Assembly (NCBI GenBank): GCA_963719315.1
Contig: CAVRBU010000002.1
Coordinates: 320,001-384,000 of the forward strand
Direction: 5' to 3'
Length of the DNA stretch: 64,000 nt
Source of the DNA: an uncultured Planctomycetota bacterium
GTDB lineage: Bacteria; Planctomycetota; Planctomycetia; Pirellulales; Lacipirellulaceae
A program made the position numbers and the translations under genes. Below the pieces are notes generated by a model that worked only from the letters and a program-made list of their open reading frames with translations, did no database searches and was not told where the DNA came from. Below are positions 31,373 to 45,400 of the stretch, in pieces (positions within the stretch are counted from its first letter, which is position 1; the number at the start of each line of letters is the position of its first letter).

Positions 31373-31912
31373 TCAGCTGGCTTGCTTGACCGAATTATAC
31401 AGCGGGCGAAGACTCCACGCTTGCTCAATCCATCGCGCACATTCGTCACCATCCTCTAAATCCCACCTGTGGAGGATGAGTGCGAGGGCTAAGACCTGGT
31501 CAAGTGCGCTCATTTGTGTTGACTGTGAAATGGGTACAAGAGCTGTAAGCAAGAATATTCCGAAATTGATAGCAAAGTATCCGGGACCCAGAAAATAGCT
31601 CCCAATCAACGCTGCAAGTACTGCAACCCCAACAAAGGACTGAAATCGACGCTGTGAAATTCGGTCGGCATCCAGAACGATTTTGATATTTAAAGCATAT
31701 CCATTTGCATCCTTCGAAAGTCTACGCGCGAAGTGATTATTCATTGGGGATGGAGAATCCAACGCGCGACGCGTGACAAACTCTTGTAAGAATGGCTCAC
31801 TGCAAATGGCCACCCTGAGAAACTTCGTCCGTTTGAAGAATTGCCAGAATAGGCCGCCAACGAGGAATATGAACGCCGCGAGCCCAATTTCAACTGCGAC
31901 CTTGGCGATCAT
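31373..31912 (-). CDS. Hypothetical membrane protein
   Basis: About three hydrophobic segments; ATG 31912; AT-richer than flanks. Confidence 0.65.
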   Translation of the reverse strand: MIAKVAVEIGLAAFIFLVGGLFWQFFKRTKFLRVAICSEPFLQEFVTRRALDSPSPMNNHFARRLSKDANGYALNIKIVLDADRISQRRFQSFVGVAVLAALIGSYFLGPGYFAINFGIFLLTALVPISQSTQMSALDQVLALALILHRWDLEDGDECARWIEQAWSLRPLYNSVKQAS

Positions 31913-31950
31913 TTTTTGAAAACTCGCTTTTGAGGGCTTGAATCCGCCTC

Positions 31951-34178
<2,228 letters not shown>

Positions 34179-34360
34179 GCCTATTAAAGCGACCATTTCG
34201 TTGTCTGAAGCGGTGCCGGTTGGTACGATGGAAGGGTCGATCGCGACTTGGCTCCCGTACACCTAGATGACTCCAGCCATTCGTAACAGGGTCGTTGATC
34301 GCATCCGGAACAGCATGACGGCGTCATACGTTAACGGTTGTTCGCCGGCGTGTTTGGGAA

Positions 34361-35149
34361 ATGGCAATGCTGAAGCACATCTTCTTCGCGGCGACCGCCT
34401 GCCTCGCGGTGAGTGCTTCCTGTTGTGCAGCTAGTCTCAACGCTCAACTGTTTCCCCACACGGGCGAAGTGCGGTTTCGTAACACGAGCGGATTGGCCGT
34501 GCCGTTCGTGTTCTATTCGATTGCGTCTTCCAGCGGGGCCCTGAACAGTTCCAGCCTTGTGTGGAAGTCGATCTCGGATACTTACGACCTCAGTGGAAAC
34601 GGATTCATTGACCCTGCCTTCAATTGGACTAAAATCTCGACGACTTCCACGCAGCTAACCGAAGGCGCTCTCTCGGGTCCGGGCGGCAGTCTTGCCGCAT
34701 TCCGCTCCGTGAGTTTCGGCCAAATCTGGAATCCTGCGCTCTATCCCTCTCCTGACCTGGCGTTCACCGTGAGTCAGGCGGACATGTCCCCGGTCACGAT
34801 TACGACCCAGTTTGCGGTGGCCGGCGATTACAACTCCAACGGTTTCGTCGACCAGTCGGACTACCTCATCTGGCGCCAAACCTACGGCTCGACGATTAGC
34901 CTGGCGGCTGACGGCAATTTGGATGGCGTTGTAAATGGGGCGGATTATGTGATTTGGCGGAATAACGTGGGGCTTTTTCTCCCAGGCTCTGGCGCCGGTT
35001 CCGGCTTTGGACTGCAACTCGGCGGGGCTGTGCCCGAGCCGGGCGCTGCCGTTTTGTTCTTGAGCGCTGGACTGGCAATGCTCACTGCATGCGTTCGAGC
35101 ACCACGTGCTGCACGTCGCGCAGCAAGTCGCTTTCCGGTTCGCCGGTAA
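34361..35149 (+). CDS. Secreted protein with dockerin-like repeat and PEP-CTERM anchor
   Basis: Signal peptide; GDYNSNGFVDQSDY..WR / ADGNLDGVVNGADYVIWR; AVPEP-TM-basic tail. Confidence 0.85.
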   Translation: MAMLKHIFFAATACLAVSASCCAASLNAQLFPHTGEVRFRNTSGLAVPFVFYSIASSSGALNSSSLVWKSISDTYDLSGNGFIDPAFNWTKISTTSTQLTEGALSGPGGSLAAFRSVSFGQIWNPALYPSPDLAFTVSQADMSPVTITTQFAVAGDYNSNGFVDQSDYLIWRQTYGSTISLAADGNLDGVVNGADYVIWRNNVGLFLPGSGAGSGFGLQLGGAVPEPGAAVLFLSAGLAMLTACVRAPRAARRAASRFPVRR

Positions 35150-36161
35150 CGGCCAGGTGGCCGAATGGCATGACAAGCGTGTCGGAGACGCCGTCCAGTC
35201 GTCCGCGTTTCACGGCGACGACGCCGTCGCCCTTGCCCTCCACCAGTTCATCGATGTCTGCTAACAGGGCCTCCAACTCCTTCGCGCTGCGCTCTGCGCC
35301 GGGGAGCTTCGCCAGGCTGTCGCAGACTGATTCTCGAATCCACGCGACTTGCGATTCGCTCAATCGGGCACCGGTCCCCAGCAAGATCGTATAGCGAACG
35401 TGTGGATTGAGCGGGCGTGAGTCGAGTTCCGTCAAAAACTCGGAGCCCGGGCACAGATCGCCCGCCGCTTCGCCCAGCCCATCGACGATGGAGTCCCGCA
35501 TCCGCGCGAGTGGCCAACCCTCCTTGCGTGCCAGCCAATGCTCCCAGAGGTCGGTTCCCACGGCGAAATGCGCGATGATCGTGCCGTGCGTGGGAGGCGC
35601 GATCATGATTAGCCGCTCGACGTTGCCCGGATCGTAGAGGGAGTTTTCAACACACTCGCGGGCCACCAGTCCGCCCATGGAATGGCATACCAAGATTACG
35701 CGACGCCGCGGATATTGCAGTTTGAACCGGTGCAGTTCGCTCGACAGCATTTGTGCCGAATTGCGAATGATGTAATCGTTGGGGTACGCAAACGTGCCGC
35801 ACGGAAAACCGGCAGCGCGGATCGGAACCATGAGGGCCGCGCTTTGCTGCGGGGTCGAATTGAATCCGTGCACAAGTACAACGACCGGTAAGTCCGGGTC
35901 GGACTTCTCCCAGTCATCCTCAAGACGCAGGCCATATTTGGCCAGGTCTGATTCGCGAACGACTTTCAGGCGAAGCCAGGCTCGTGCGCCATGCCCCGCG
36001 CTACACGCAGCGTTGGACGCCGCTTCGCTCAGCAGTCGCTCGGCTACCGTGCAATCAGTGTCTTTTTTCGAGGGCGAGGCCGCCCGGCTTGGGGCGTGCC
36101 AGTCTGGTGCGAACACCACGGCCAGGAGCCAAACGCCAATCGATCGCCAAGATCCGCGCAC
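35082..36161 (-). CDS. Secreted alpha/beta hydrolase (lipase/PGAP1-like)
   Basis: VVLVHGFNS, CHSMGG nucleophile elbow, GDGVV, terminal His. Confidence 0.87.
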   Translation of the reverse strand: MRGSWRSIGVWLLAVVFAPDWHAPSRAASPSKKDTDCTVAERLLSEAASNAACSAGHGARAWLRLKVVRESDLAKYGLRLEDDWEKSDPDLPVVVLVHGFNSTPQQSAALMVPIRAAGFPCGTFAYPNDYIIRNSAQMLSSELHRFKLQYPRRRVILVCHSMGGLVARECVENSLYDPGNVERLIMIAPPTHGTIIAHFAVGTDLWEHWLARKEGWPLARMRDSIVDGLGEAAGDLCPGSEFLTELDSRPLNPHVRYTILLGTGARLSESQVAWIRESVCDSLAKLPGAERSAKELEALLADIDELVEGKGDGVVAVKRGRLDGVSDTLVMPFGHLAVTGEPESDLLRDVQHVVLERMQ

Positions 36162-36554
36162 GTGATGTGCCTCATCGGGATTCCAGACGTATTTGTCCGA
36201 TGCAACAGCTTCAATATAGCGGCTAAGTTACCACAACGGCTACTACGGTTTCCTTCGATTCGGCGTGGCAGCTACATTCGGCGGCTCCGGTGATCGGGTA
36301 AGTCGAACTTCAAACGCCGCTGTGGGGGGCGTGATGCGCTAGATGGCGACGACGGTAGGTTCCGCGCGGGCGATCGTGTCTTCGAGCGCGCGTTCCGGTT
36401 TGGCGACGGGAGTGGGCGGTCGGGTTTGGGTCGCGCGGGGATTGCGCTAAGCCGGCAAGCGGCCAAGTGGTGGCGACAAGGAACACAAGAAGAAGGGGGT
36501 TCAAAACTTGCCTTCTCTCGGTGGGAGCAGGCGGGATACGCAGCAACCAAGGCG

Positions 36555-36586
36555 CCCTCACCCTGCCCTCTCCCAGAGGGAGAGGG
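36555..36586. repeat. REP-like palindrome
   Basis: CCCTCACCCTG-CCCTCTCCC-AGA-GGGAGAGGG, 9-bp stem, just downstream of recA. Confidence 0.7.
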
Positions 36587-36614
36587 TTCTGATTCCGAGC
36601 CGAACCAATGGTCG

Positions 36615-37781
<1,167 letters not shown>

Positions 37782-37984
37782 GAATAGACCCCTTTTATCT
37801 AGTGAAATAGGTAGATCGGCAAGTGGTTGGGTGAACCGGCCGTCTTTCGAGGGCGGCTATGTTTGATTTCTTCGTTTTTTGTAGAGGGAGGGGCCGGGCT
37901 CAGGGGCGCGTCGCCGAGTGACAGGCGGCAACTCGCAGCCCGGCCCCTCCGAGGTTGAAGGAAAGGAGAGTGCAAGTGCGTTAG

Positions 37985-38026
37985 TGAACGCTTGTGTACT
38001 ATATCGACCTGTACAGATGGATACAA
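37985..38026 (-). promoter_or_regulatory. Putative sigma70 promoter of recA overlapped by two imperfect palindromes
   Basis: Minus strand -35 TTGTAT (38021-38026), 17-nt spacer, -10 TATAGT (37998-38003); palindromes at 37985-38000 and 38010-38025. Confidence 0.55.
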
Positions 38027-38951
38027 GAGCCGGTTGGCCTTCGGCCGTAATTTGTGGGCGTCCGACGACCCCAACGCAGCCCGTAGTGGCGCGTCAACGT
38101 CGCCTGGAACACCTGACTGGAAAACGTGTACCGCAGCAAGCAGTCACATCCGAAGTGCAAAAAGTGCGTTCCGGCTCGGGATTGGTTGAATATTGCCTTT
38201 GGGGTCGCGTGCGCGTCGCGACGTAAGCCCTTATGCCACAAGGGGCAAAGTTTTGCACTGCGATCAGAAAATTTTTTTTTGAGTGCAAAAGTCCGACTAT
38301 TGCGCGGCGGGCGTCGCGCCACGGGCTGAATTTGCCGAGCGAGCCTGGCTGGATGGTGAGCAAAAGTCATAGAGTTTACGTCCATTTCGGTCGGCATTTG
38401 GCACGCATTTCGAGGGTTCTCGATCGTGCGCAGGTGCTGGATCTCCGGGTGCCAGCGGAGAGAACGCCACCGTATCACAGAGCTTGGCACAATTTCAACA
38501 AAGAAAGGCGAATGTAGGAGTAAATCTGGGACCTCCCCAAAGCTGGCGATTCTCCCGGCTGCAAAGGGTTTACTCAATTTCTCCTTTTTCCGAGGAATTC
38601 GCGACCCGTTTTTCTGGCGTTTGCAGGATCAGTTATGTACAACTACCCCATCAGTTGACCAGTTGGGGTACCACTCGACCGGGCCAGACACTTCTTTGTG
38701 GCGGATTGCTCTAACGAATTCCTGCGGGAAATTACCCGTTTCTTGTCCGCGGCTGACATGACCGGCCCATTTGGCCCTGTCGTCTCTGCCATCCGGTAGC
38801 TTCTGTGTTTTCGGTTCGCGCGCGCCGGTCCACCCGCCGTGTGCGCAGGTGGCAAACCAGAACACCGGCCAACGAATGAGTGAATTCCTGTAAAGAGCTG
38901 ACCCGTCCCACTAGGTTTGTGCAGTTGTAGTGGTGGGAATGATTCGAACGT

Positions 38952-39587
38952 ATGACTGAACCCCGAGACCAGGAAAGTAACGTACTGCTCCGACAAGCGG
39001 CCGCCGGCGACCAGGCCGCGGCCGAACGGCTGCTGGAGATGCATCGAGATCGGCTGCGAGCCATGATCGCACTACGACTCGATCGCCGCTTATCGGCCCG
39101 AGTTGACCCGTCCGACGTGTTGCAAGAAACCATGATTCAAGCCCATCAGAAACTTCCGGATTACCTCCGTACGCAGCCGATCCCGTTCTATCCGTGGCTG
39201 CGGCGGATCGCATGGGAGAATATCGTCCATTTGCATCGTCAGCACATCTTGGCACAAGCCCGGGCAGTAACGCGTGAAGAACAATTCGACGTCGCGCTGC
39301 CCGATCAATCGGCGGTCCAACTCGCCGAGCGGCTGATCGGCAAAGGCTCCAGCGCGTCCCGCAAGATGATGCAGAAGGAGCTGAAGGCACGGGTGCAAGC
39401 CGCCTTGGGTCAGCTGGATTCACGCGACCGCGAAGTGCTCGTCTTGCGATTCTTAGAGCAACTTTCGATTGAAGAGGCCGCCGTTGTATTGGAAATCTCT
39501 CAGGAAGCAGTGAAGTCGCGGCAACGGCGGGCGCTGGAACGATTCAGCGAGCTGATCGATGGATCGAGCACGGGGACCTCGGCATGA
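38952..39587 (+). CDS. ECF sigma-70 factor, planctomycete kinase-associated type
   Basis: AGDQAA, RVDPSDVLQE, PWLRRIA, DREVLVLRFLEQLS..EAA..L HTH. Confidence 0.93.
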   Translation: MTEPRDQESNVLLRQAAAGDQAAAERLLEMHRDRLRAMIALRLDRRLSARVDPSDVLQETMIQAHQKLPDYLRTQPIPFYPWLRRIAWENIVHLHRQHILAQARAVTREEQFDVALPDQSAVQLAERLIGKGSSASRKMMQKELKARVQAALGQLDSRDREVLVLRFLEQLSIEEAAVVLEISQEAVKSRQRRALERFSELIDGSSTGTSA

Positions 39588-42438
39588 ACGATCCAACGGC
39601 CACACTTTGCCACAGTTCCGACGCGGTGTTCGAGCAAGTGCTCGATGAAATCACCGCGCGGATCCAGGCCGGCGAGTTGGTCGATCTCGATGCCTGCATG
39701 GCCGAGCATCCCGAATATGCGGAGCGGCTTGGACGATTGCTGCCCGCCATGCAAGTACTGGTAGCGTTTGGCGCTTCTCAATCGGTGACGGCGGACGGGA
39801 CCGGGACGCGCGAGCCAGATTCGGCCGCGAGCGGCGTGCTGGGCGACTTCCGCATCCTCCGCGAATTGGGCCGCGGCGGCATGGGCGTCGTGTACGAGGC
39901 CGAACAAATCTCGATTGGCCGGCCGGTCGCGCTGAAGGTGTTGCCGTTTGCGTCGATGTTGGACGACCGGCGGCTGGCCCGCTTTCGCAACGAAGTCAGG
40001 GCTGCCGGACAGCTCCATCATACGAACATCGTGCCGGTCTACTCGGTCGGCTCGGATCGAGGCGTACATTTTTATGCGATGCAATTGGTCAACGGACAGT
40101 CGCTGGCCGAAATCATCGCGGTAATGAAACCCGGTCGCCCCCCGTCGGAAGTGAGAGCTGCCAAGTCAGCATCCCTCGCCGCAACGACGCCCGGCGACAC
40201 GGCCAGAGCGGCGCTATCCACGCTACGCAGCAACGGCAGCGCCGCCTTTTATCACACTGCCGCCCGGCTCGCGATTCAAGCGGCCGAAGCGCTGGAGCAC
40301 GCCCACTCCTGCGGCGTGGTGCATCGCGATATCAAGCCGTCGAACCTGCTCCTCGACGAGCGCGGCTCGCTGTGGCTCACCGACTTTGGGCTGGCCAGCG
40401 TGGAAAGCGATGCGAACCTCACGATGACGGGCGACCTGCTCGGCACGCTCCGCTACATGAGCCCCGAGCAAACCCGCGGCTCGCGGGTCGTACTCGATCA
40501 TCGCACTGATATCTATTCGCTGGGCGCCACGCTGTACGAGCTCCTCACGCTCCGGCCAGCGTTCGACGCCGCCGATCGCGCCGAACTGCTGCGGCAAATC
40601 AACGACCAGGAACCACAATCTCCCCGGCGCATCAATCCGGCGATCCCTGCCGACCTGGAAACGATCCTCCTCAAGGCGATGTCGAAGGACGCGGCCAGCC
40701 GCTACGCATCGGCCCAATTGCTGGCCGATGATTTGCGGCGGTTCTTGGACAACAAGCCCATCGAAGCGCGTCGGCCGACGCTCGTGGAGCGCGGCCGCAA
40801 ATGGGTCGCGCGGCACGTTGCCTTGGTCGCGATCGCCGTAGCAGCGCTGGCGGTCGTCGCCTTGATAGGCGTTGCCGCGACGCTCTTCACTCATCGAGCT
40901 TACATCGCGGAATCGGAGCAGCGAGATGCGGCAGAATCCAATCTCAAGATCGCGTCGCAGATTATCGACCGCCTGCTCTCCCGCGCGTCTCACGACCAGT
41001 TCTATCAAGGCGACCTGGAACAAGCCGAAACACTGGCCGCCGAGGCCACGACTTTCTACGAAGAGCTGCTCCAGCACAGCGATGACGCGGAAGTGCGGTT
41101 CCGCGCCGCCAGGCGCAGAACGACGTGGCACGCATTTGGAACCTGGTCGGGAATCATGAAAAAGCGATCACGGCCTGCCGCCGCGGCATCGATCTTCTCA
41201 ACCCGCTGGTTGCGGCCTATCCGGCAGATGGCAAGTATCTTGATGCCCGCGGAGTCTGCTACCTCACGCTCGGCGACGCCGAACGGCGTTCGCGCCAGGC
41301 GCTCGGGGCGGAAGAACCGTTTCGACAGGCGGCAGCCGATTATCAACTGCTGGTCGATCGATTTCCCAAGGAACCCGAATATCAAACCGGCCTGGCCTAT
41401 GCACTGGCCGACATTGGCATGCTGTGCTGGAGCAGCGGCCGCTTGGATCAAGCCGAACAGTATTACGCCCGCGCTGACGAACTCTTGAAGAACTTACCGG
41501 CCGGCCAAAACTCGGATTGCGCCTCGTGCGTGCTGTCCAATCAAGGCGGGTTGCTGATGAACCGGGCCCTGGTGGCCAACGACCGTGGCGATCCCCAACA
41601 GGCCAAAGAGCTGCTCGCACAAGCGATCGCGCTCCAGCAGCAGGTGTTGCGTGATTCGCCAAACGATCCAAAGGCTGCCGATTTACTCTTCACGCACTAT
41701 TGGAATCTGGGACAGGCGTGCATCGGTGCCGGGCAGCCTGCCGCAGCGGCCAAAACGGCCGAGATGCTAGTCACGGTGTTCCCGAAGCGATTGGATGCGT
41801 ACCAACAGGCCGTTACGTTGTTGCTCGATGCGGCCAGGCTGGCCGATCAGGCCGGTTCGCGCACGGGCGGCACGGCCCAAGCCGGACCCACACCGACCGA
41901 TGAGGACGACGCGCCATCGGCATCCGAATGGCCGGCCACAGCCGACGACTATCGCCGCCGCGCCGATGACTTGATGGCTAAGGCCCGCGGCATCACCGAT
42001 CGCAATCCCGAAACGAACGTCGACTTCGCGCGGTTTCTGTTGCTTTGCAAGGACGAATCGTTTCGTGACCCAACGTGGGCACTCGAACTGGCCCAGGGCG
42101 TCGTAAGAGATTATCCGCAGCGCAGCCGCGCCTGGTTCACGCTGGCGCTGGCGCACTACCGCAACGGCGACTGGCAAGCGGCCGACGAGGCCGATCAGAA
42201 GTCAATCAAGTTCTCGCCCGGTGGCCAGGCCAACGCCTTCGACTGGGTGCTGCTCTCGATGATTCGTGCCCAGCAGGGTCGCAATGAGGAAGCCTCCGAG
42301 TGGCATAGCCAGGCCTCAGCGTGGATCGCCGAGAAAAAGCCGAAAGACCAAGACCTCCTCACACTGGCCGCCGAGGCCGATTTGACGATCTCTGAACCTG
42401 TTACCGCGCCGACCAAGTCCGTCACCTCTGAAGAGTAA
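39584..42438 (+). CDS. Membrane Ser/Thr protein kinase with C-terminal TPR-like region (apparent 1-nt deletion near 41110)
   Basis: LGRGGMGVVY, VALK, HRDIKPSN, DFGLA, GTLRYMSPEQ, TM helix; TPR-like helices continue in ORF 41125-42438; ATGA overlap with the sigma gene. Confidence 0.92.
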
Positions 42439-42461
42439 TTCCAATAAACACGAGCACAACT

Positions 42462-45400
42462 ATGCCCACTCGCCAACAACTCGGTACTTTTTCAACTGCC
42501 TGCTTAGCCATTGTCCCCGTCGCTGTGTTGGCGCTGATATTGGTGCAAACGGCCTCAGCCGCGCCGAGTTACACGATCACTCTGATAGGCCTCGCGGGCC
42601 CTGAACACACGCGCGATGATGGGTACAAAAACGGCTATATGTATTCTTGGCTCAATGCGTCAGGAGATATCGGTGGCGTTTCATACCGCTTCAACGGCAG
42701 CAGTGATGATTTAGGACGGAGTGTATGGGTCTATGACGGGACGACCACCAAAGACATCGGGCTGACAGGCGACGAATATTCCGGCGCCGATGACTACAAA
42801 TTTTGCGAAGCGAATGAAATGAACGGTGCGGGACAAGTCCTTGGGTATGCCAATCGCTACGACGGGGCCGGCGCCGATTTGGGCCGCAGCGTCTGGCTCT
42901 ACGACGGTCAGACGACGAAAGAACTTGGCCTCACTGGTGCTGAATACATGCGAAGCGACGGCTATAAATCGAGTCCATTATTTACGTACGAACAACGCTA
43001 TCTAAATGAGACGGGGCAGGTTATCGGATTATCTGATCGCTTTAGTGGTAGCACGGCGCTGGGAAACGCGGCTTGGTTTTACAATGGCTCGACCACCGTC
43101 CCCATTGGCCTAACCGACAGCGAGCACACGGGTGCTAATGACTATAGGACCAGCCGTGTCAGGGCCTTAAGCAATGCGGGAATCGTTGTTGGTGAATCCG
43201 ATCGGTTCAATGGTGGAAGCGCCTATTTGGGGAGCAGCGCCTGGTACTACAACGGCGCCACGACAACTGAGATCGGCTTAACGGGAGCCGCATTTATTCG
43301 AAATGACGGTTACAGACGCAGCGTTATCGGCTGGCACAACAACAACGCCCGTGACTACAACAGGCTCAACGAAGCTGGGCAAGTGATCGGCACGTCGGTT
43401 CGATTCAGCAGTGTGGAACCATCTGGGGCAGGTTCGAACGCCTGGCTCTACGACGGTCATACGACTAAGGACATCAGCCTCGACATCCTCGACGGCAAAT
43501 TCAATATTCCCTACGCGATCAACATCGCAGGCCAGGTCCTAGGTATATCAACAGGTTTATCCTCATACATCCAGGACAGCAGCAGGGCCCCTGGAACAGC
43601 ATGGCTGTATGATGGCGTGACTACAAAAAACATTGGCTTGGACGGTAAAGGCGGGTCGTTTGCTGAGATTGGCCTTGCACACGTTGTCAAGCTAAACGCG
43701 CGGCCCCTCAACGAGGCGGGGCAAGTCACTGGTTATTCTTTTTTGGGCAATGGGGAGAACGCTGCCTGGATTTACAACGGCGCGGAAACAATTCGGATCG
43801 GCCTGAGTGGACCGGAGTTCATCAGCCCAAAGAATGTATCCGGTTCTTTTCCGGCGAAGCTCAACGAGTCGGGCCAAGTTATTGGACATTCACATCGCTA
43901 TGTCGGGGATGGAAGTGCTGGGAATGGGAATCTTAGTGCGTGGCTGTACGACGGCAGCACGACAATTGACGTGGGACTTAGCGGCAGCGAGTACACAAAT
44001 AGCACCGGCGCCAAATTCAGTACAGTCAGAGGGCTCAACGAGGTAGGACAGGTAATAGGCGTATCTGATCACTACGACGGCAGCACCTATCTGGGGCAGG
44101 ATGCCTGGCTCTATGATCCTTCGCTTCAGCAAACCATTCCACTACCAAGACTCTCTGCGCGAAGTGATGGCTACGCGACCGCATATCCCTTCTATCTGGG
44201 CGAAGACGGCCTCGTGTTGGGCCAATACGATCAATACGATGCGGCGGACTTCCGTCTCGGCACTCGCGCTTTTTATTTCACCCTTGCCGATGGAATGCAC
44301 GATTTGGGGTCGTTGGTGGATGGAGGACTCATGGCCGCTGGGTGGGATTCGCTTGCCTCCGCGGTTCGCTCAAATAGTGCAGGGCAAATCCTCGGATATG
44401 GCAAGCTCAACACCCAATCTGGTGGCCAGATAGCCTACCTGCTGACGCCGACAACAAATGTCCCCGAGCCGAGCACGCTCCTGTTGGCCGGGCTGGCGCT
44501 CGTGCCGTTCTCTTGGCGGCGGCGGAGAGTTCGGAGTAGCACTTGTCTGCGGATCGCTAATCGTCGTTTCACAGCGATGCTAATTGCACTACTGGCCTTT
44601 CTGGCCGCAGCACCGGCTCAGTCTCAACAGCTTTTCAAGCTCACCGCTTCCGACGCCGCTGCAAGTGATTTTTTTGGAACGTCTGTCGCACTCAGCGGTA
44701 ATACAGCTCTCATAAGCGCGGCGTTCGACGACGATTCCGGCGACAACTCCGGATCCGCCTATGTATTCGATGCGTCCACGGGTCAGCAGTCGCGCAAACT
44801 CACGGCCTCCGACGCTTCCGCCGATGATAACTTCGGCTATTCAGTTGCATTGAACGGTAACATAGCCCTGATTGGAGCGTCTCGTGATGATAATCTTCGT
44901 GGCTCCGCATACGTGTTCGACGCTGCGACTGGCCAACAGCTTCGTAAGCTTAGGGCGTCCGACGGCGCGGCGGAGGACCTGTTTGGTTGCTCTGTCGCTT
45001 TAAGCGGCAACTTGGCCATTGTAGGTGCTCGTTGGGATAATCTCACGGGCGATGGTTCGTACAATTCTGGCCACGGCGCGGCCTACATATTCAACGTCAA
45101 TACTGGCCAGCAGCTTCGCAAGCTCACGGCCTCCGACGCCGCCACCGATGACCAGTTCGGAGTATCAGTTGCATTGAGTGGCAATCGCGCGATTGTTGGC
45201 GCTTGGTATGACGATGACGGTGGCTCCTACTCCGGTTCCGCGTACGTGTTCGATGCGACGACGGGGCAGCAGCTCTTCAAGCTTACGGCCTCTGACGCCG
45301 CGGAGATTGCCCAGTTTGGCGGATCGGTCGCAATAGACGGAAATTACGCAATCATAGGGGCCCATGGAGCTAACAATGAGCGCGGGGCAGCCTATCTGTT

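Noticed and set aside
38398..38500. Sigma54 promoters at two TTGGCAC motifs
   Set aside because: Neither has GC at the -12 position with the required spacing.
41100..41130. Kinase and TPR region as two genes or programmed frameshift
   Set aside because: No slippery run; one added C restores a continuous frame, in line with the other probable sequencing indels.
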